Source: a virus. Taken from it: 64,000 bases of DNA. The translations under genes and the position numbers were made by a program. The stretch is from IMG/VR virus record IMGVR_UViG_3300021425_000029, positions 3,266 to 67,265 of that record. One strand, written 5' to 3'. The notes under the pieces were generated by a model that was not told where the DNA came from, searched no databases, and saw only the letters and a program-made list of their open reading frames with translations. How positions within the stretch are numbered: the first letter of the stretch is position 1; each line of letters starts with the position of its first letter. This document shows, piece after piece, positions 17,273-28,160 of the stretch.

Positions 17273-17937
17273 TATGGGGTTTCTAGGTCTTCAACAAAAT
17301 CTTGGATAGCATCATATGCTTCATTCACATATAGATTACCATATGGGAACTTGAATGCGAGTGTGAAACGAGGACAGTTTGTCCACGCAGCGTGCCAACA
17401 ATGATGTTCGGGTTCTTCTATGCGACCAAACCTGTACCATCGTGCCTGCCATCCCTTAACATCTTTCTCTGTGATGATTTCATCTTTCTCTTTATCATAA
17501 TAAGAAAAGTAACCATCACCCTCTTCACTCCATGTAAGAATGATTTGATACCCGTGTGCATTCCAGTTAGTATGCCATCCTACAAATCCATTAGGTGGAT
17601 AGTAGGATGTGAGAGAGTTTGACCTTGCACCAAACAACATAGGAAGTTCGGTCTTAGTCCACCTCATCAATGGTTGGAATATATCGGGTCTGTGTTTAAC
17701 GCCTTGTGCTACTTGGAAACCATAACCCGTTTCGGGATACCCTACATGATCTTTGCCCTTAGCCATAATCTCGTGTAGATGTTCTTCTTGACAGAATCTC
17801 TCCCACTCTTCAACAGGAATGTCTCGTTGTAAATTATCAGATAACTCTTCACATAGTTCACGATGTTCAAGAAACATATTGACGGTCTTATCAAGAGTCG
17901 CCAACAGTTCCTTGTTTCTGATTACTATCTCAGTCAT
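17272..17937 (-). CDS. 2OG-Fe(II)/cupin-fold oxygenase-like protein
   Basis: YYPPNGFVGWHTN...CWHAAW...RFTLAF pattern. Confidence 0.55.
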   Translation of the reverse strand: MTEIVIRNKELLATLDKTVNMFLEHRELCEELSDNLQRDIPVEEWERFCQEEHLHEIMAKGKDHVGYPETGYGFQVAQGVKHRPDIFQPLMRWTKTELPMLFGARSNSLTSYYPPNGFVGWHTNWNAHGYQIILTWSEEGDGYFSYYDKEKDEIITEKDVKGWQARWYRFGRIEEPEHHCWHAAWTNCPRFTLAFKFPYGNLYVNEAYDAIQDFVEDLETP

Positions 17938-18589
17938 TCTCTAGTGCCGCAACCACTTGTGGAAAGTGTTGTTTGATAATATCCCAACACTGATCTGCAA
18001 CAATCATGTGTTCCTTCTGTGTACCATTACCCCGTCTCAAATCACAGTAGTGAATCCAACTGCGTAGTGACCCTGCCATATACAATGTGGATTCGGTCAT
18101 ACCCTCTGGCAACAATGCTCGTGCCTGTTCCTTAGCAATACCTTTCTCCAGTGCGGCCTTGTAAGACCTTTCTGCATCGTTCTTGATCTTTGCTTGTTCC
18201 ATAGACCACCACTCTTTGAGTACACGATCATCAGTAGAGACCGAGTTCTGTCGGTTCTTCTCATCCTGTAGTCGGCACTCACGAGTCTCAAAGTGAGTCT
18301 GTTCGGCATACCGTTGGGAGAACTCTTGGAATGCAAACGACCTATGACGAATGATCTGTCTCGCAATATCACGAGTAGTGACGATCTCCATAGTCATATG
18401 AACCATCTCGAAAGGCGACCAGTGATTCTCCTTGATCAGATACCCCAAGAGTTTAGATGCAGTCTTGGTGTTGTTCTGATTGGTGGGGTTACTCACTCTA
18501 GCAGTATACGCAACTAGTTCTGCCGCTGTGTTACAATCTGTGGTTGCACTTGGTTGACTCAGTGCAACTAGACTTACTTTACTCATCAT
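17930..18589 (-). CDS. thyX: Flavin-dependent thymidylate synthase
   Basis: HWSPFE, RHRSFAFQEFSQRY, EQARALLP, TQKEH. Confidence 0.95.
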   Translation of the reverse strand: MMSKVSLVALSQPSATTDCNTAAELVAYTARVSNPTNQNNTKTASKLLGYLIKENHWSPFEMVHMTMEIVTTRDIARQIIRHRSFAFQEFSQRYAEQTHFETRECRLQDEKNRQNSVSTDDRVLKEWWSMEQAKIKNDAERSYKAALEKGIAKEQARALLPEGMTESTLYMAGSLRSWIHYCDLRRGNGTQKEHMIVADQCWDIIKQHFPQVVAALEND

Positions 18590-18884
18590 CAGACTCCTTA
18601 ACAAATATTCCGTCTACCATTCGTCCCTTCCTATCTTTGATATCTGCATATGCAACCTCAAGACAGTGTTCCATTGGTAGACCATTTCTTTTTGCGATAT
18701 TGATAAGAACCACCATGATATCACCAATATCATCGGCAATGTCCCTACCCTTACAAACATTGTCGGACAACTCACCCACCTCTTGGATAAGTTTACACAC
18801 TTGGTCTTTGTCTGTCGCACCATCGATCAGATTACGATCACAGTGCCACTGTTCAACCAATTTAATCAAATCATCCATCTTCAC
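18579..18884 (-). CDS. MazG-like nucleotide pyrophosphohydrolase
   Basis: KLIQEVGEL, DDIGD, AY..IKDRKG..VDGIFVKE. Confidence 0.85.
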   Translation of the reverse strand: MKMDDLIKLVEQWHCDRNLIDGATDKDQVCKLIQEVGELSDNVCKGRDIADDIGDIMVVLINIAKRNGLPMEHCLEVAYADIKDRKGRMVDGIFVKESDDE

Positions 18885-19128
18885 TTACCTCATGTTGTGT
18901 TATACTTATGCCATCAACAACCTCTTGAATATCAATGTCACTCACTCTTAAATCATACTTGTCTCTCATATATTCCATCACGACTCTTGCAGTTGCCCTA
19001 CTTCCCAGTTCAATTCCATCCTCCTGTCCCTCATCGAATCCACTTGCGAATGATGTAACCCTACTCACCCAGTAAGTTACAAACATCAGTGCGATTGTGG
19101 TCAAAGGCCATCCCCAGTATAAGTCCAT
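18871..19128 (-). CDS. Hypothetical membrane-anchored protein
   Basis: 85 aa, N-terminal TM. Confidence 0.55.
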   Translation of the reverse strand: MDLYWGWPLTTIALMFVTYWVSRVTSFASGFDEGQEDGIELGSRATARVVMEYMRDKYDLRVSDIDIQEVVDGISITQHEVSEDG

Positions 19129-20534
19129 TATTCCATCCTAAAGTTCTTGAAGTTTTCTGATTTCATTCTCTGACCAGCGGAACTGTTATCAAAGACTGGT
19201 TTATCATCCCATCCCTTGTCAGGGTCAGCACTAGGTATCATCTCCTCGTCATCATCATCGGTCAGTCGCATCTTACTGCGGTCAACCTTGACAGTGAATC
19301 GGTTGTGTCTAGTCGGATCATTGTAACGATTCTTCAACTGTTTGACCATAATCTTACCTAGATTATTTAGTTCCTCATTAGATATCAATGCGAACATAAG
19401 GTCAGCGGTAGCGGGTAGACCAAACGATTCAGAAGTATCCTCCAGACCAACATCATCATTAGAATAACCACTACGAGTAGTCTGAGTAGCAGACATGATA
19501 GGCACATTGAACTCAACCGCAAGACCACGCAGTTCTTCTGCGATACTCTTGATATAAGAATAAGAGTTGATTGCACCACCCATACCCTTCATACGAGATG
19601 AGGCACAGATGTTCAGATAGTCCACAAAGATAATCTCAGGTACAAAGTTCTTCTTGAGTTTCAACTCATTGAGTAACGCACGGAAGTGACTGGTGTTTGC
19701 CTGTCCAGTCGGATACTCTTTGATAATCAGTTTACCTTGAGTCTTGGCGGCAATCTGACTAACCTTGTCAGTGAACATATCTTTAGATAGATTCTCTAAC
19801 TGGTCAATCGGTACATTCAGTAAGTTCGCATCAATCCTTTCTGCGATTCTTTCTTCTGCCATCTCCATTGTGATATACAATGCGTTCCTACCCTGCGACA
19901 ATGCAGCTGCAGCGACATGACACATAAACAGAGACTTACCCACACCAGTACCCGCAAGGGCAATGTTCAGAGTCTTGTTGGGCAGTCCACCCTTGGTGAT
20001 CTGATTGAAGTAGTCCAGATCAAACGGAATGCGTTCTTCCTGTTCGTGATAGAAGTCATATCGACCATCCACATTCTCCAGATAGTCGTGACCGATGTTA
20101 GTGTCAAACGAAACACCCAGTGCCTTACTCAATACATCGGGTATGGCATTCTTTTGTAGGGTTGCGTGTTTACCATCAATGATAGAGATAGACTCCATCA
20201 CTGCATTGAATACCGCACGGTCTTGACACCATTTCTCGGTGCGTTCAATCAACCAGTCTAGGTTTTCTGGTTCGGGGGTGAATAGGTCAGGGAGAAGGTC
20301 AACACCTTGGCGGTAGTCATCCTCTCCCATAGAGTTGTTTTCATCAATCTCAATCTTAAATGCTTCGAGTGATGGTAGTTTGTTGTATTTTGCAACGAAC
20401 TTGGTTACTTCTTTGAATAGTCCTTTATAAGTCCCTTGGAAGTATTCGGGAGATAGGAATGCACCCACCTTCCGCATATACTCGTCATTCGTTAATAGAT
20501 TCCTCAGAATCGTCTGTTCCAGATTGATATTCAT
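19128..20534 (-). CDS. gp41: Replicative helicase (T4 gp41)
   Basis: Walker A AGTGVGKS, ITMEMAEE, ATQTTRSG, SESFGLPATAD. Confidence 0.97.
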   Translation of the reverse strand: MNINLEQTILRNLLTNDEYMRKVGAFLSPEYFQGTYKGLFKEVTKFVAKYNKLPSLEAFKIEIDENNSMGEDDYRQGVDLLPDLFTPEPENLDWLIERTEKWCQDRAVFNAVMESISIIDGKHATLQKNAIPDVLSKALGVSFDTNIGHDYLENVDGRYDFYHEQEERIPFDLDYFNQITKGGLPNKTLNIALAGTGVGKSLFMCHVAAAALSQGRNALYITMEMAEERIAERIDANLLNVPIDQLENLSKDMFTDKVSQIAAKTQGKLIIKEYPTGQANTSHFRALLNELKLKKNFVPEIIFVDYLNICASSRMKGMGGAINSYSYIKSIAEELRGLAVEFNVPIMSATQTTRSGYSNDDVGLEDTSESFGLPATADLMFALISNEELNNLGKIMVKQLKNRYNDPTRHNRFTVKVDRSKMRLTDDDDEEMIPSADPDKGWDDKPVFDNSSAGQRMKSENFKNFRME

Positions 20535-20907
20535 TATATGTTTCTTCTAACTCCTCACTCATTTGTTCTGTCATCAATGTCTCACCAGTCTTGGTGTCTT
20601 GAGCCACCATCGTTCCTTCAGCAATAGACATTTCTATAATACTAGAGAGTATTCTACCAACATACTCTTGAAATGTCAAGTCTTCTGTTGTAATATCTTC
20701 AGGACTTGATACTACATCAAAGTTAAAAGAAATGTGACCGTCATCGCCATCGACACCAGAAAACTCAATAGCACCAAAAGAGATAACCGTTTCAGGGTAT
20801 TCTTCAAGTATACGAATATCCCATCCATGAGGATTCTCAGATGGGATGATTTCGTAATGAACCTTTTCACTTAATTGAGATTCAATTTCATTCATTGACA
20901 ATGTCAT
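20485..20907 (-). CDS. Head vertex assembly chaperone (gp40-like)
   Basis: Acidic protein syntenic with T4 gp40 between gp41 and uvsX. Confidence 0.5.
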   Translation of the reverse strand: MTLSMNEIESQLSEKVHYEIIPSENPHGWDIRILEEYPETVISFGAIEFSGVDGDDGHISFNFDVVSSPEDITTEDLTFQEYVGRILSSIIEMSIAEGTMVAQDTKTGETLMTEQMSEELEETYNEYQSGTDDSEESINE

Positions 20908-21934
20908 CCATTGATACCAATGACTTACGAGTGATAGAGTACTGAGACTGTAGGAAATCTTTGAAGTCTGTCTCTGCCCAGATAGGCGCCCAGAACTCGT
21001 CTTCCAGAGTTTGTTTCTCCCTTACTTTGGGGTCAACCATCTCTCCAGTCGATCTGTCAACCCTGCAATACCAACCATTACTAGGCTTACTGACATAACC
21101 ACCAGCAAGAGCAGCATCCAACAAACCGCTGTTACGCTCAACGCCACCTTGCCAAGACACGCTGATAGGAATCTTAGACTTCTCTTTGACATATCTTGAC
21201 TTCTCGACATTAATGACGAAATCATATCCTGTAACCTCCGTACCAGTTTTGTTCTGTCTACGACCCAGAATCCAGATGTTGTCTGCACTGTAGTAAATAC
21301 CAGTGCCACCACCTACGATATCTTTAGGGAAGAGACCAATTTCTTTATATGTATGGTTGACGGCAAGCATCGGAATGTTCTTCATGGTCAGGTACGGAGT
21401 ACACATACGGAACAGACCTTTGAGTGCTTTTGCTCGGGACATATCAGCCACCGACTTCTCGTTAATCGCATCTTCTAGTTCTTTTTTGGATGCGAGATTG
21501 CCAATTGAATCGATGACAATAATTACATCATCTTTTCTGTCAATATTCTCAAGTTGTGCAATTAAGTCGAACTTGAGTTCCTCGACATTGGCGATAGGTG
21601 TGTGTAACACCCGAGCGGTATCAATCCCAAACTGCTCAAAGTAAGATTGGGGACTACCAAACTCACTATCATAAAAGAGCAGAACTGCATCCTTCTTTGC
21701 CTCTAGATATGCCCCTGCCATTAGCAGTGCAAAAGAGGTCTTGAAGTGCTTAGAAGGGCCTGCCAAGACTGTTAGGCCAGGCGTGACACCACCGTCAATA
21801 CTTCCTGCTAACGCAATGTTCACCATCGGAACACTGGTTGGCACCATATCTTTTTCAGTGAAGAACTTACTCTCCGACAACACTTCCGTTGTCTTGATCT
21901 TGCTGTTCTTCTTTAGTTTGTCCATAATCGACAT
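20888..21934 (-). CDS. uvsX: RecA-like recombinase
   Basis: AGPSKHFKT, YDSEFG, DSIGNLAS, GGGTGIYYSAD. Confidence 0.97.
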   Translation of the reverse strand: MSIMDKLKKNSKIKTTEVLSESKFFTEKDMVPTSVPMVNIALAGSIDGGVTPGLTVLAGPSKHFKTSFALLMAGAYLEAKKDAVLLFYDSEFGSPQSYFEQFGIDTARVLHTPIANVEELKFDLIAQLENIDRKDDVIIVIDSIGNLASKKELEDAINEKSVADMSRAKALKGLFRMCTPYLTMKNIPMLAVNHTYKEIGLFPKDIVGGGTGIYYSADNIWILGRRQNKTGTEVTGYDFVINVEKSRYVKEKSKIPISVSWQGGVERNSGLLDAALAGGYVSKPSNGWYCRVDRSTGEMVDPKVREKQTLEDEFWAPIWAETDFKDFLQSQYSITRKSLVSMDDIVNE

Positions 21935-22808
21935 TATTTGACTCCTCACGTTCGTCTAGTTCATATTGTTTACGATAATTGTTGTTTATACTAACACACT
22001 TTTCAATTAATGTCAAGTCGGTATCAAACAAAGTAAATGCTTTTGTGTCTTTGGGGAAACACGCACCACCAAACCCACGCTTACCATCATAGCCAGGCAC
22101 ACGAGTATGACCCACCCCAATACGAGGGTCTTTGCCAATTGCGTTTGCAACAGTAGGGAAGTTACAACCAAACTTCTCAATCGAATCAAAGAGTTGATTG
22201 AAGAATGTAACCTTGGTCGCAAGGTATGAATTTACTCCGTACTTGATGAATGCAGCCTCAGGCCCAGAACAGAATAGATACTCTGTTGCAGTACACAGAC
22301 TGTACACATCATACAACTGTGCAAGTCCTTGACACGCATCAGGATGACCACCAATCACATGATACTCTGCGCTTACAAACTGTTCCTTTGCATTTGATTC
22401 TGTCAGGAACTCAGGATTGATAGTCAGTCGTTTGATGTCATCCTCAAATACGGAAGAATATAGACGATCTACAATATCAGGCGTGATTGTTGATTTGATA
22501 ACAACTCCACCTTCAGTATGTTCCAACAATTTCAGAGCGGCATCTTCTACGATGGATGCATCAACAAACCCACTCTCCGCCATAGGTGTTGGCGCACAGA
22601 CAAAAGTTACATGGGGTTGCCAGTCAACTAGGTCATCGATTGTTGTATCATACTTTGGGTCAACATAAAACTTTTCGATCTCTCGGTGAGTAAACGCATA
22701 GTCTACAGCACCTCCTACAAAACCATGACCAACAATACCAACCCTCAGTTTCTCTTGAACCATTTGGTGTTCGCCATTAGGATTGATATTTCTAGAACCT
22801 TCACTCAT
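21867..22808 (-). CDS. UDP-glucose/GDP-mannose dehydrogenase family protein (short form)
   Basis: GHGFVG, CAPTP, KSTI, NPEFL, GFGGACFPKD; no C-terminal UDP-binding domain. Confidence 0.85.
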   Translation of the reverse strand: MSEGSRNINPNGEHQMVQEKLRVGIVGHGFVGGAVDYAFTHREIEKFYVDPKYDTTIDDLVDWQPHVTFVCAPTPMAESGFVDASIVEDAALKLLEHTEGGVVIKSTITPDIVDRLYSSVFEDDIKRLTINPEFLTESNAKEQFVSAEYHVIGGHPDACQGLAQLYDVYSLCTATEYLFCSGPEAAFIKYGVNSYLATKVTFFNQLFDSIEKFGCNFPTVANAIGKDPRIGVGHTRVPGYDGKRGFGGACFPKDTKAFTLFDTDLTLIEKCVSINNNYRKQYELDEREESNNVDYGQTKEEQQDQDNGSVVGE

Positions 22809-23752
22809 TATTTTACTCCGTAATATTCTTTAAACCATCGAACAAATGCATTCACACCAACTTCGATGTTCACTTTGGGTTTATATCCGAGTTCTCTCAG
22901 TTTTCCTGTATTACTCCAAGTCTCTAGAGTATCAGCGGGATGTCGAGGAGCGAGAACAATGTCTGCCTCTTTCCCTAGTTCATTACTTATACACTCAATA
23001 AAGTGCATCAAGTCTACCTGTTTACCTCTACCAATATTGTAAATCTCACCAGAGTCAATATCAGAGAATAGTGCAATCTTAATACCTTCGATGATGTCAC
23101 CGATATAGGTAAAGTCTCGTTTCATCTTACCATAGTTAAATGCTTCGATAAAATGACCATGCATAATCTTATCAGTGAACTGGTATAGTGCCATGTCAGG
23201 TCTACCCCAAGGGCCATATACAGTGAAGAACCTCAGACCTACTGTGTTCAGTCCAGAGATTTTGAACTGACATTCGTTGCAGTACTTGGTGTATGCATAG
23301 GGATTCAACTGGTGACCAGTGACTTCATCTTCTACCCAACCAGTCTCAGGAATCGGCGTACCACCATAGACAGAACTGGTAGATGCATAGACTACCTTGG
23401 GCACATCATACATCTTACACACTTGAATAAGATTCTGTGTTCCGATGATGTTGTCATTATGATAGAGTTGTTCATTACCAACTGAATCACGCACACCCGC
23501 TCGTGCGGCCAAGTGCATCACGATATCTGGCATCTCTTTATTGAATACCATATCCAATGCATCGAAATCCTTCAGATCACAATCAATAACTTGGTGACCA
23601 AAGTATTCCACTCTGTCGTGTTTCAGTTGTGGGTCATAATAGTTATTGAAGTTATCAATACCAATAACCTCAAACCCATCTTCTAACAAACTGTCTGCAA
23701 GGTGCGAACCAATGAATCCTGCCGCACCAGTAATTAAAATCTTTCTACTCAT
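22808..23752 (-). CDS. NAD-dependent nucleotide-sugar epimerase (UDP-glucuronate 4-epimerase-like)
   Basis: TGAAGFIG, HLAARAGVR, YAYTK, LRFFTVYGPWGRPDMA. Confidence 0.9.
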   Translation of the reverse strand: MSRKILITGAAGFIGSHLADSLLEDGFEVIGIDNFNNYYDPQLKHDRVEYFGHQVIDCDLKDFDALDMVFNKEMPDIVMHLAARAGVRDSVGNEQLYHNDNIIGTQNLIQVCKMYDVPKVVYASTSSVYGGTPIPETGWVEDEVTGHQLNPYAYTKYCNECQFKISGLNTVGLRFFTVYGPWGRPDMALYQFTDKIMHGHFIEAFNYGKMKRDFTYIGDIIEGIKIALFSDIDSGEIYNIGRGKQVDLMHFIECISNELGKEADIVLAPRHPADTLETWSNTGKLRELGYKPKVNIEVGVNAFVRWFKEYYGVK

Positions 23753-24708
23753 TATCCATTCCTGTAAATGTATTCTAGTGCCCTGTCTGCCTCTTTATCT
23801 AGGGGTCTGTTTTCGTACCAGTTTCCAGTCTCCATATCCAACTCAGAACACATTGTCGCAATCTGATTAGCAGAGATAGGATAACCCTTTGACACAGCAT
23901 TACCCGCCACCGCAATCATGATCTGATACATCTTGTGATACCAACCTGTACCAGTGATTGCACGATACTCGTTCTCCAATCTTCTAGGAAAGAAAGGACA
24001 GTCACGATATGATGTCCAAGTAATGTCAGTATTATCTAGGGAATTCTTACGATGTTCCATGACCGCCTTTTGTAATTCAGGTGGCAATCTGTCCATGAAT
24101 GTTTTACCCTGTGGTTCAACAAATGAATACTTATCCATCAACATATCAGGATCAAGATGTACACCCTCATTTACGAATATGAAACCATACGCATTGGGAT
24201 ACTGGGCGGGGACATAATACATCCGTGATAAATCTTTTGTCTGTGCATCACCCAGACCATCGAACTGTTTGTTCATGGCGAACCAGAAGTGCGGTAACTC
24301 CTTACTGCGAACCTGTCTGGTTAACGGAAACACCAATCGGAACTTGGGTTGTTCTTCGGTTGACGATGCAGTATTGTAACAGACATAATGAAACCGTCCA
24401 TACTTCTCTGCGAGTTGTTCCTTTAGGCGCTCACTAGCACTGCGACTGGAATCACCAGATAGTACATAATCATCAATATCAAGACAAGCCCAACCGCCCC
24501 ATAGATCAACATTCTTATTAGACCGTGTAGTATCGGGGAAATAACGAGCAGGACTAATAAGAACACTAGAATCTCGACCACCTTTGTTACCCTCCTTATC
24601 AAACATATGATATAGTAATTCTTCGAACTCCTGCCATGACGGAATCTCCATACCCCGATGGGTCTGGTTGTCATAGGTATTCTTGAATATAGTAAGTGAA
24701 TATCTCAT
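23752..24708 (-). CDS. Archaeo-eukaryotic primase/PrimPol-like protein
   Basis: CLDIDD, YNTASS...PKFRLVFPL, DLSRMYYVP; start moved to MRYSLT. Confidence 0.65.
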   Translation of the reverse strand: MRYSLTIFKNTYDNQTHRGMEIPSWQEFEELLYHMFDKEGNKGGRDSSVLISPARYFPDTTRSNKNVDLWGGWACLDIDDYVLSGDSSRSASERLKEQLAEKYGRFHYVCYNTASSTEEQPKFRLVFPLTRQVRSKELPHFWFAMNKQFDGLGDAQTKDLSRMYYVPAQYPNAYGFIFVNEGVHLDPDMLMDKYSFVEPQGKTFMDRLPPELQKAVMEHRKNSLDNTDITWTSYRDCPFFPRRLENEYRAITGTGWYHKMYQIMIAVAGNAVSKGYPISANQIATMCSELDMETGNWYENRPLDKEADRALEYIYRNG

Positions 24709-24739
24709 GGTGTTATAATACCACAGTGTCCTATAAATG

Positions 24740-27220
24740 TCAAGAGAAAAAGTCCTCCAGTGATGCTTGAGGTTCGGCAGTCCACCCAACTGCATCTAGG
24801 ATTGGTTCAAGTGGGTCAAGGAATGTCTTGGAGAACATCTTATCATAGTCCACATACTTATCAAGTGCCAATTCACGAGGTAGGTTCTGAGGATAGGAAA
24901 TCACATTCTCCTTGATAGGATTGGGTGTCTTGAGATAGACAAACTTAATCTTCTCACCGTTCTTGATTTCCTCATGTCGCATACCCTTGGTGTGCTTGTT
25001 GTATAACAAAGCACCACGCACATGAATGGGCGTACTCTTCTTGTAGATGGTCTTGCGGTCACTCCACTTCTTGATGTCGTTCACCCCACGAGGGAATGAT
25101 ACATCTTCTGCGGGTAGATTGGTAAACTCATTGCGGAACTTGGTAATAAAGTTCTGTGTCTGATTCTCAGTTCCATTGATAATAACACCAAACACTTCTT
25201 TGAACTTGTCACGCACCACTTGAGGTGTAGATGACTTGACCGCCTCGATACCCATCATCTTGAGTTTGGGTTCTTTATACTGAACACCCTCGTTGTTATG
25301 CACATTGAGAATGTATCGTTTCTTTGCGACCCAGATACCACGGTCAGCGATTACCTCACGACCCATCTCCATACGATTGACATATGCATTGGTGTAGTCT
25401 GCAAGGTCAGCATATGCCTTGGTCAATACAGGTTCAAAGTGTTCGGAACAAATCTTGTCCAGAAACTTCACGGGATTTTGTGGTTTGAACTTATCGACCA
25501 ACTTACTCATACGAATATAGACCGAGTCGGTATCAATCGCAATAACATAGTCCTCGTCAGTATTGAGAAGGTTGTTCATCTCACGATTGACGGCTCGTTC
25601 TGCCCAGAGAATGGATAACTGACCCGCAAGAGTAATAGACTCCGCAACTCGTTGGTCAAAGTAACGAAACCATCTGTTACCCAATGCACCATAGAGACTG
25701 TTCATCAGAATCTTGATAGACATCTGTTGATTGTTCAGTGTCGCAATCTTGTTGGACAATGCCTTGGTCGGAGTCTGTTCATACTCCTGTTGTGCATTCA
25801 ACATCTGCTTCTTGATTTCTCTTCGTTCCGCATAATACTGTCGAATCACACTAGGGATGATACCCTCTTTCTCTTTACTAAATCGAACACCAGATGGTGC
25901 AATAGTATGGTCACCAACATTCGTATTAGTCACTTTGTTCAACATACGCTCTACATCGGTATCGACCAGACCATCTACCACAGTCTCAGGTGACATATTG
26001 TATTGAACAATAATCATGGGATACAGAGAGTTCAAGTCAAAGGATGTGACCCACTCGTGCGAACCGACTTGGGGTTCTTTCACATAACCACCCGCAAAGT
26101 CGCCTTTGGGTTTTTCTTCTTTGGACGGAACTGCAATCTTCTTGAGGTTCAGAATACGATAGATGATGGTATCCCAGATAGTAGTAGTACCAAACACTTC
26201 TTCATAGTTCACACCACCACGATAGGCCATGGTCATTGCAAGAGTGATCAATCCGAGTTTCTCTTCCAACAGGTCAACCAGTTCAACATCTCGGATGTTG
26301 TAGTCAATAAACTTCTGGTGGTCTTCCTTGTATAGTGTGTGTAGGTTACCGTGTTCTTCATACGAGAGTTTGCGTTCACCCAACACCACATGAGCGATAT
26401 GGTCTAGTCGATAGGATTCTTGTTGACCCAGTGTATTGTAGGTAAACTTACGGAACAGGTCATAGTAGTCAAGTTGTGCAATACCCATGAGGTCATAGGT
26501 GTCAACATCTTTCATACCCATCTTACCACGAACTGTGCGAGAGGATACCACGCCCCAAGGTGAATATCGTTTGATAGACTCTTCACCAATAACCTTTCTT
26601 GTTCTGTTAACAAGATAGGGAATATCAAACTGTTTGGTGTTCCAACCAGTGACAATGTCAGGTGATCCGTGATTCTGCCAGTAGTCAAGGAACTTATCGA
26701 TCAGTTGTAATTCGGAATCACATTTGTTGTAGATCGCATTCTCTGGTGGGTCATAATCACCCAGTCCCCACACACGAAAGAAATCTTCTTTACTGGATTT
26801 GGTGCATATAGAGATAACTGGATAGTCTGCTTTTTCTGGTTCGGGGAATCCTTCATCGGATGCAACCTCAATATCGATAGTAGTGATGACAGGCAGTTCA
26901 CGGTCAAACTTAATTTCGTTGGGGAACTTCTGTGCGATAAACTGCGAGATGAAATTGTTCTGTCCGTAGACTTTGAAGTTGTCTACGTGTTGGTAACGCT
27001 TCTGAAACTCAGTAGCTTCACGCATAGAATCAAACTCTATCGGTGCAACAGGTTTACCGTCAAGGGTCTTCCATGTACATAGAGTTCCTTTAGATGGTGT
27101 TTGTGCTGACACATACATGGTAGGTTTGAAGGGGATGCGTTTCTTGACTCGTTGTCCATCCTTGTACCCACGGTACAGAAGGGTAGAACCATATCGGTCA
27201 ATTGATGTATAAAAATCCAT
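24740..27220 (-). CDS. gp43: Family B DNA polymerase (T4 gp43)
   Basis: DIEV exonuclease motif, [26 protein letters not shown]. Confidence 0.98.
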   Translation of the reverse strand: MDFYTSIDRYGSTLLYRGYKDGQRVKKRIPFKPTMYVSAQTPSKGTLCTWKTLDGKPVAPIEFDSMREATEFQKRYQHVDNFKVYGQNNFISQFIAQKFPNEIKFDRELPVITTIDIEVASDEGFPEPEKADYPVISICTKSSKEDFFRVWGLGDYDPPENAIYNKCDSELQLIDKFLDYWQNHGSPDIVTGWNTKQFDIPYLVNRTRKVIGEESIKRYSPWGVVSSRTVRGKMGMKDVDTYDLMGIAQLDYYDLFRKFTYNTLGQQESYRLDHIAHVVLGERKLSYEEHGNLHTLYKEDHQKFIDYNIRDVELVDLLEEKLGLITLAMTMAYRGGVNYEEVFGTTTIWDTIIYRILNLKKIAVPSKEEKPKGDFAGGYVKEPQVGSHEWVTSFDLNSLYPMIIVQYNMSPETVVDGLVDTDVERMLNKVTNTNVGDHTIAPSGVRFSKEKEGIIPSVIRQYYAERREIKKQMLNAQQEYEQTPTKALSNKIATLNNQQMSIKILMNSLYGALGNRWFRYFDQRVAESITLAGQLSILWAERAVNREMNNLLNTDEDYVIAIDTDSVYIRMSKLVDKFKPQNPVKFLDKICSEHFEPVLTKAYADLADYTNAYVNRMEMGREVIADRGIWVAKKRYILNVHNNEGVQYKEPKLKMMGIEAVKSSTPQVVRDKFKEVFGVIINGTENQTQNFITKFRNEFTNLPAEDVSFPRGVNDIKKWSDRKTIYKKSTPIHVRGALLYNKHTKGMRHEEIKNGEKIKFVYLKTPNPIKENVISYPQNLPRELALDKYVDYDKMFSKTFLDPLEPILDAVGWTAEPQASLEDFFS

Positions 27221-27272
27221 AGGGTCTCCATTGCAATGATGTTACACATTATACAGAACAGGGCGGAGAATG

Positions 27273-28019
27273 TCAAGGAATAATTTTAAAGCCTGGATGT
27301 CTGTCTTCGGGTTTTGTTTTCATACCATCATGTTCTTGGGTGATACCCCAAGACCTAGATATCACTTGGGTCGATGACCTCACAAAGTTACAGTTCGTGC
27401 CATGAAAGTTATACACTTCGTATAGTTCTTTTGCGGTCTTACCAACACTCACACATTCGGTGTTGGGGTGATGGGTCATAAATGTATACTGACGATTCTG
27501 TCCCTTACCATCATGACTCAGGTATGTCTTGACTAGTCTCTCCACACAACCATATGGGCCACCGTTTAGAGGAAATCCTTGATTCAACAATAAGTCATTC
27601 ATGTATATGGCACATCTACGAGAGAATGAATAACAGGACATGAACAGACCAAAGTTCGCATAGTCCAGTCCGTGTTCCATAGTGAAATCAAACTGTCTTT
27701 TGAATTCGTCAGGATGTTCCAGATACGAATCGTGTTCTAATACAAAGAAACGACTTCTACTTTCTGCACGTTTCTTAATGAACTGCCAATGGGTAATGTC
27801 TCCCGCTCGTTCACTCTTGGTGCTTTGTTTGTCCTTCTGCATCTTCTGGAGTAAAGGTTTCCAGTTGTAGAGAGGTTCTAATTCTGAGATAGTATCGGGA
27901 GTGTAACATTGAACAACTTCAATGTCAAGAAGGTTTTGTTTTGACCATGACTCCAATGCAACCTCTGTATACCTCACAGAGATAGGATTGTTCAGGTCTG
28001 CAATCATGTATGCTTTCAT
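27273..28019 (-). CDS. Glycosyltransferase family 25-like protein
   Basis: KAYMI, SERAGDITHW, FFVLEHDS motifs. Confidence 0.5.
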   Translation of the reverse strand: MKAYMIADLNNPISVRYTEVALESWSKQNLLDIEVVQCYTPDTISELEPLYNWKPLLQKMQKDKQSTKSERAGDITHWQFIKKRAESRSRFFVLEHDSYLEHPDEFKRQFDFTMEHGLDYANFGLFMSCYSFSRRCAIYMNDLLLNQGFPLNGGPYGCVERLVKTYLSHDGKGQNRQYTFMTHHPNTECVSVGKTAKELYEVYNFHGTNCNFVRSSTQVISRSWGITQEHDGMKTKPEDRHPGFKIIP

Positions 28020-28027
28020 AATAATTG

Positions 28028-28049
28028 AAAGGGGCAGTTTCCCGCCCCC
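28028..28049 (-). terminator. Intrinsic terminator
   Basis: GGGGCGG-GAAA-CTGCCCC hairpin followed by TTT. Confidence 0.6.
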
Positions 28050-28059
28050 TTCTCTCTTG

Positions 28060-28143
28060 TTAGAGCAGTGGTTGTAATGCAGTCAACATCAGGGCGATAG
28101 AGACTACGGCCAACCCTACTTCCATCTTAGTATCGGATTTCAT
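28060..28143 (-). CDS. 27-aa hydrophobic peptide (not in ORF track)
   Basis: MKSDTKMEVGLAVVSIALMLTALQPLL; GAGG RBS; followed by terminator. Confidence 0.55.
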   Translation of the reverse strand: MKSDTKMEVGLAVVSIALMLTALQPLL

Positions 28144-28160
28144 GTTTTTCCTCGTTTAAA

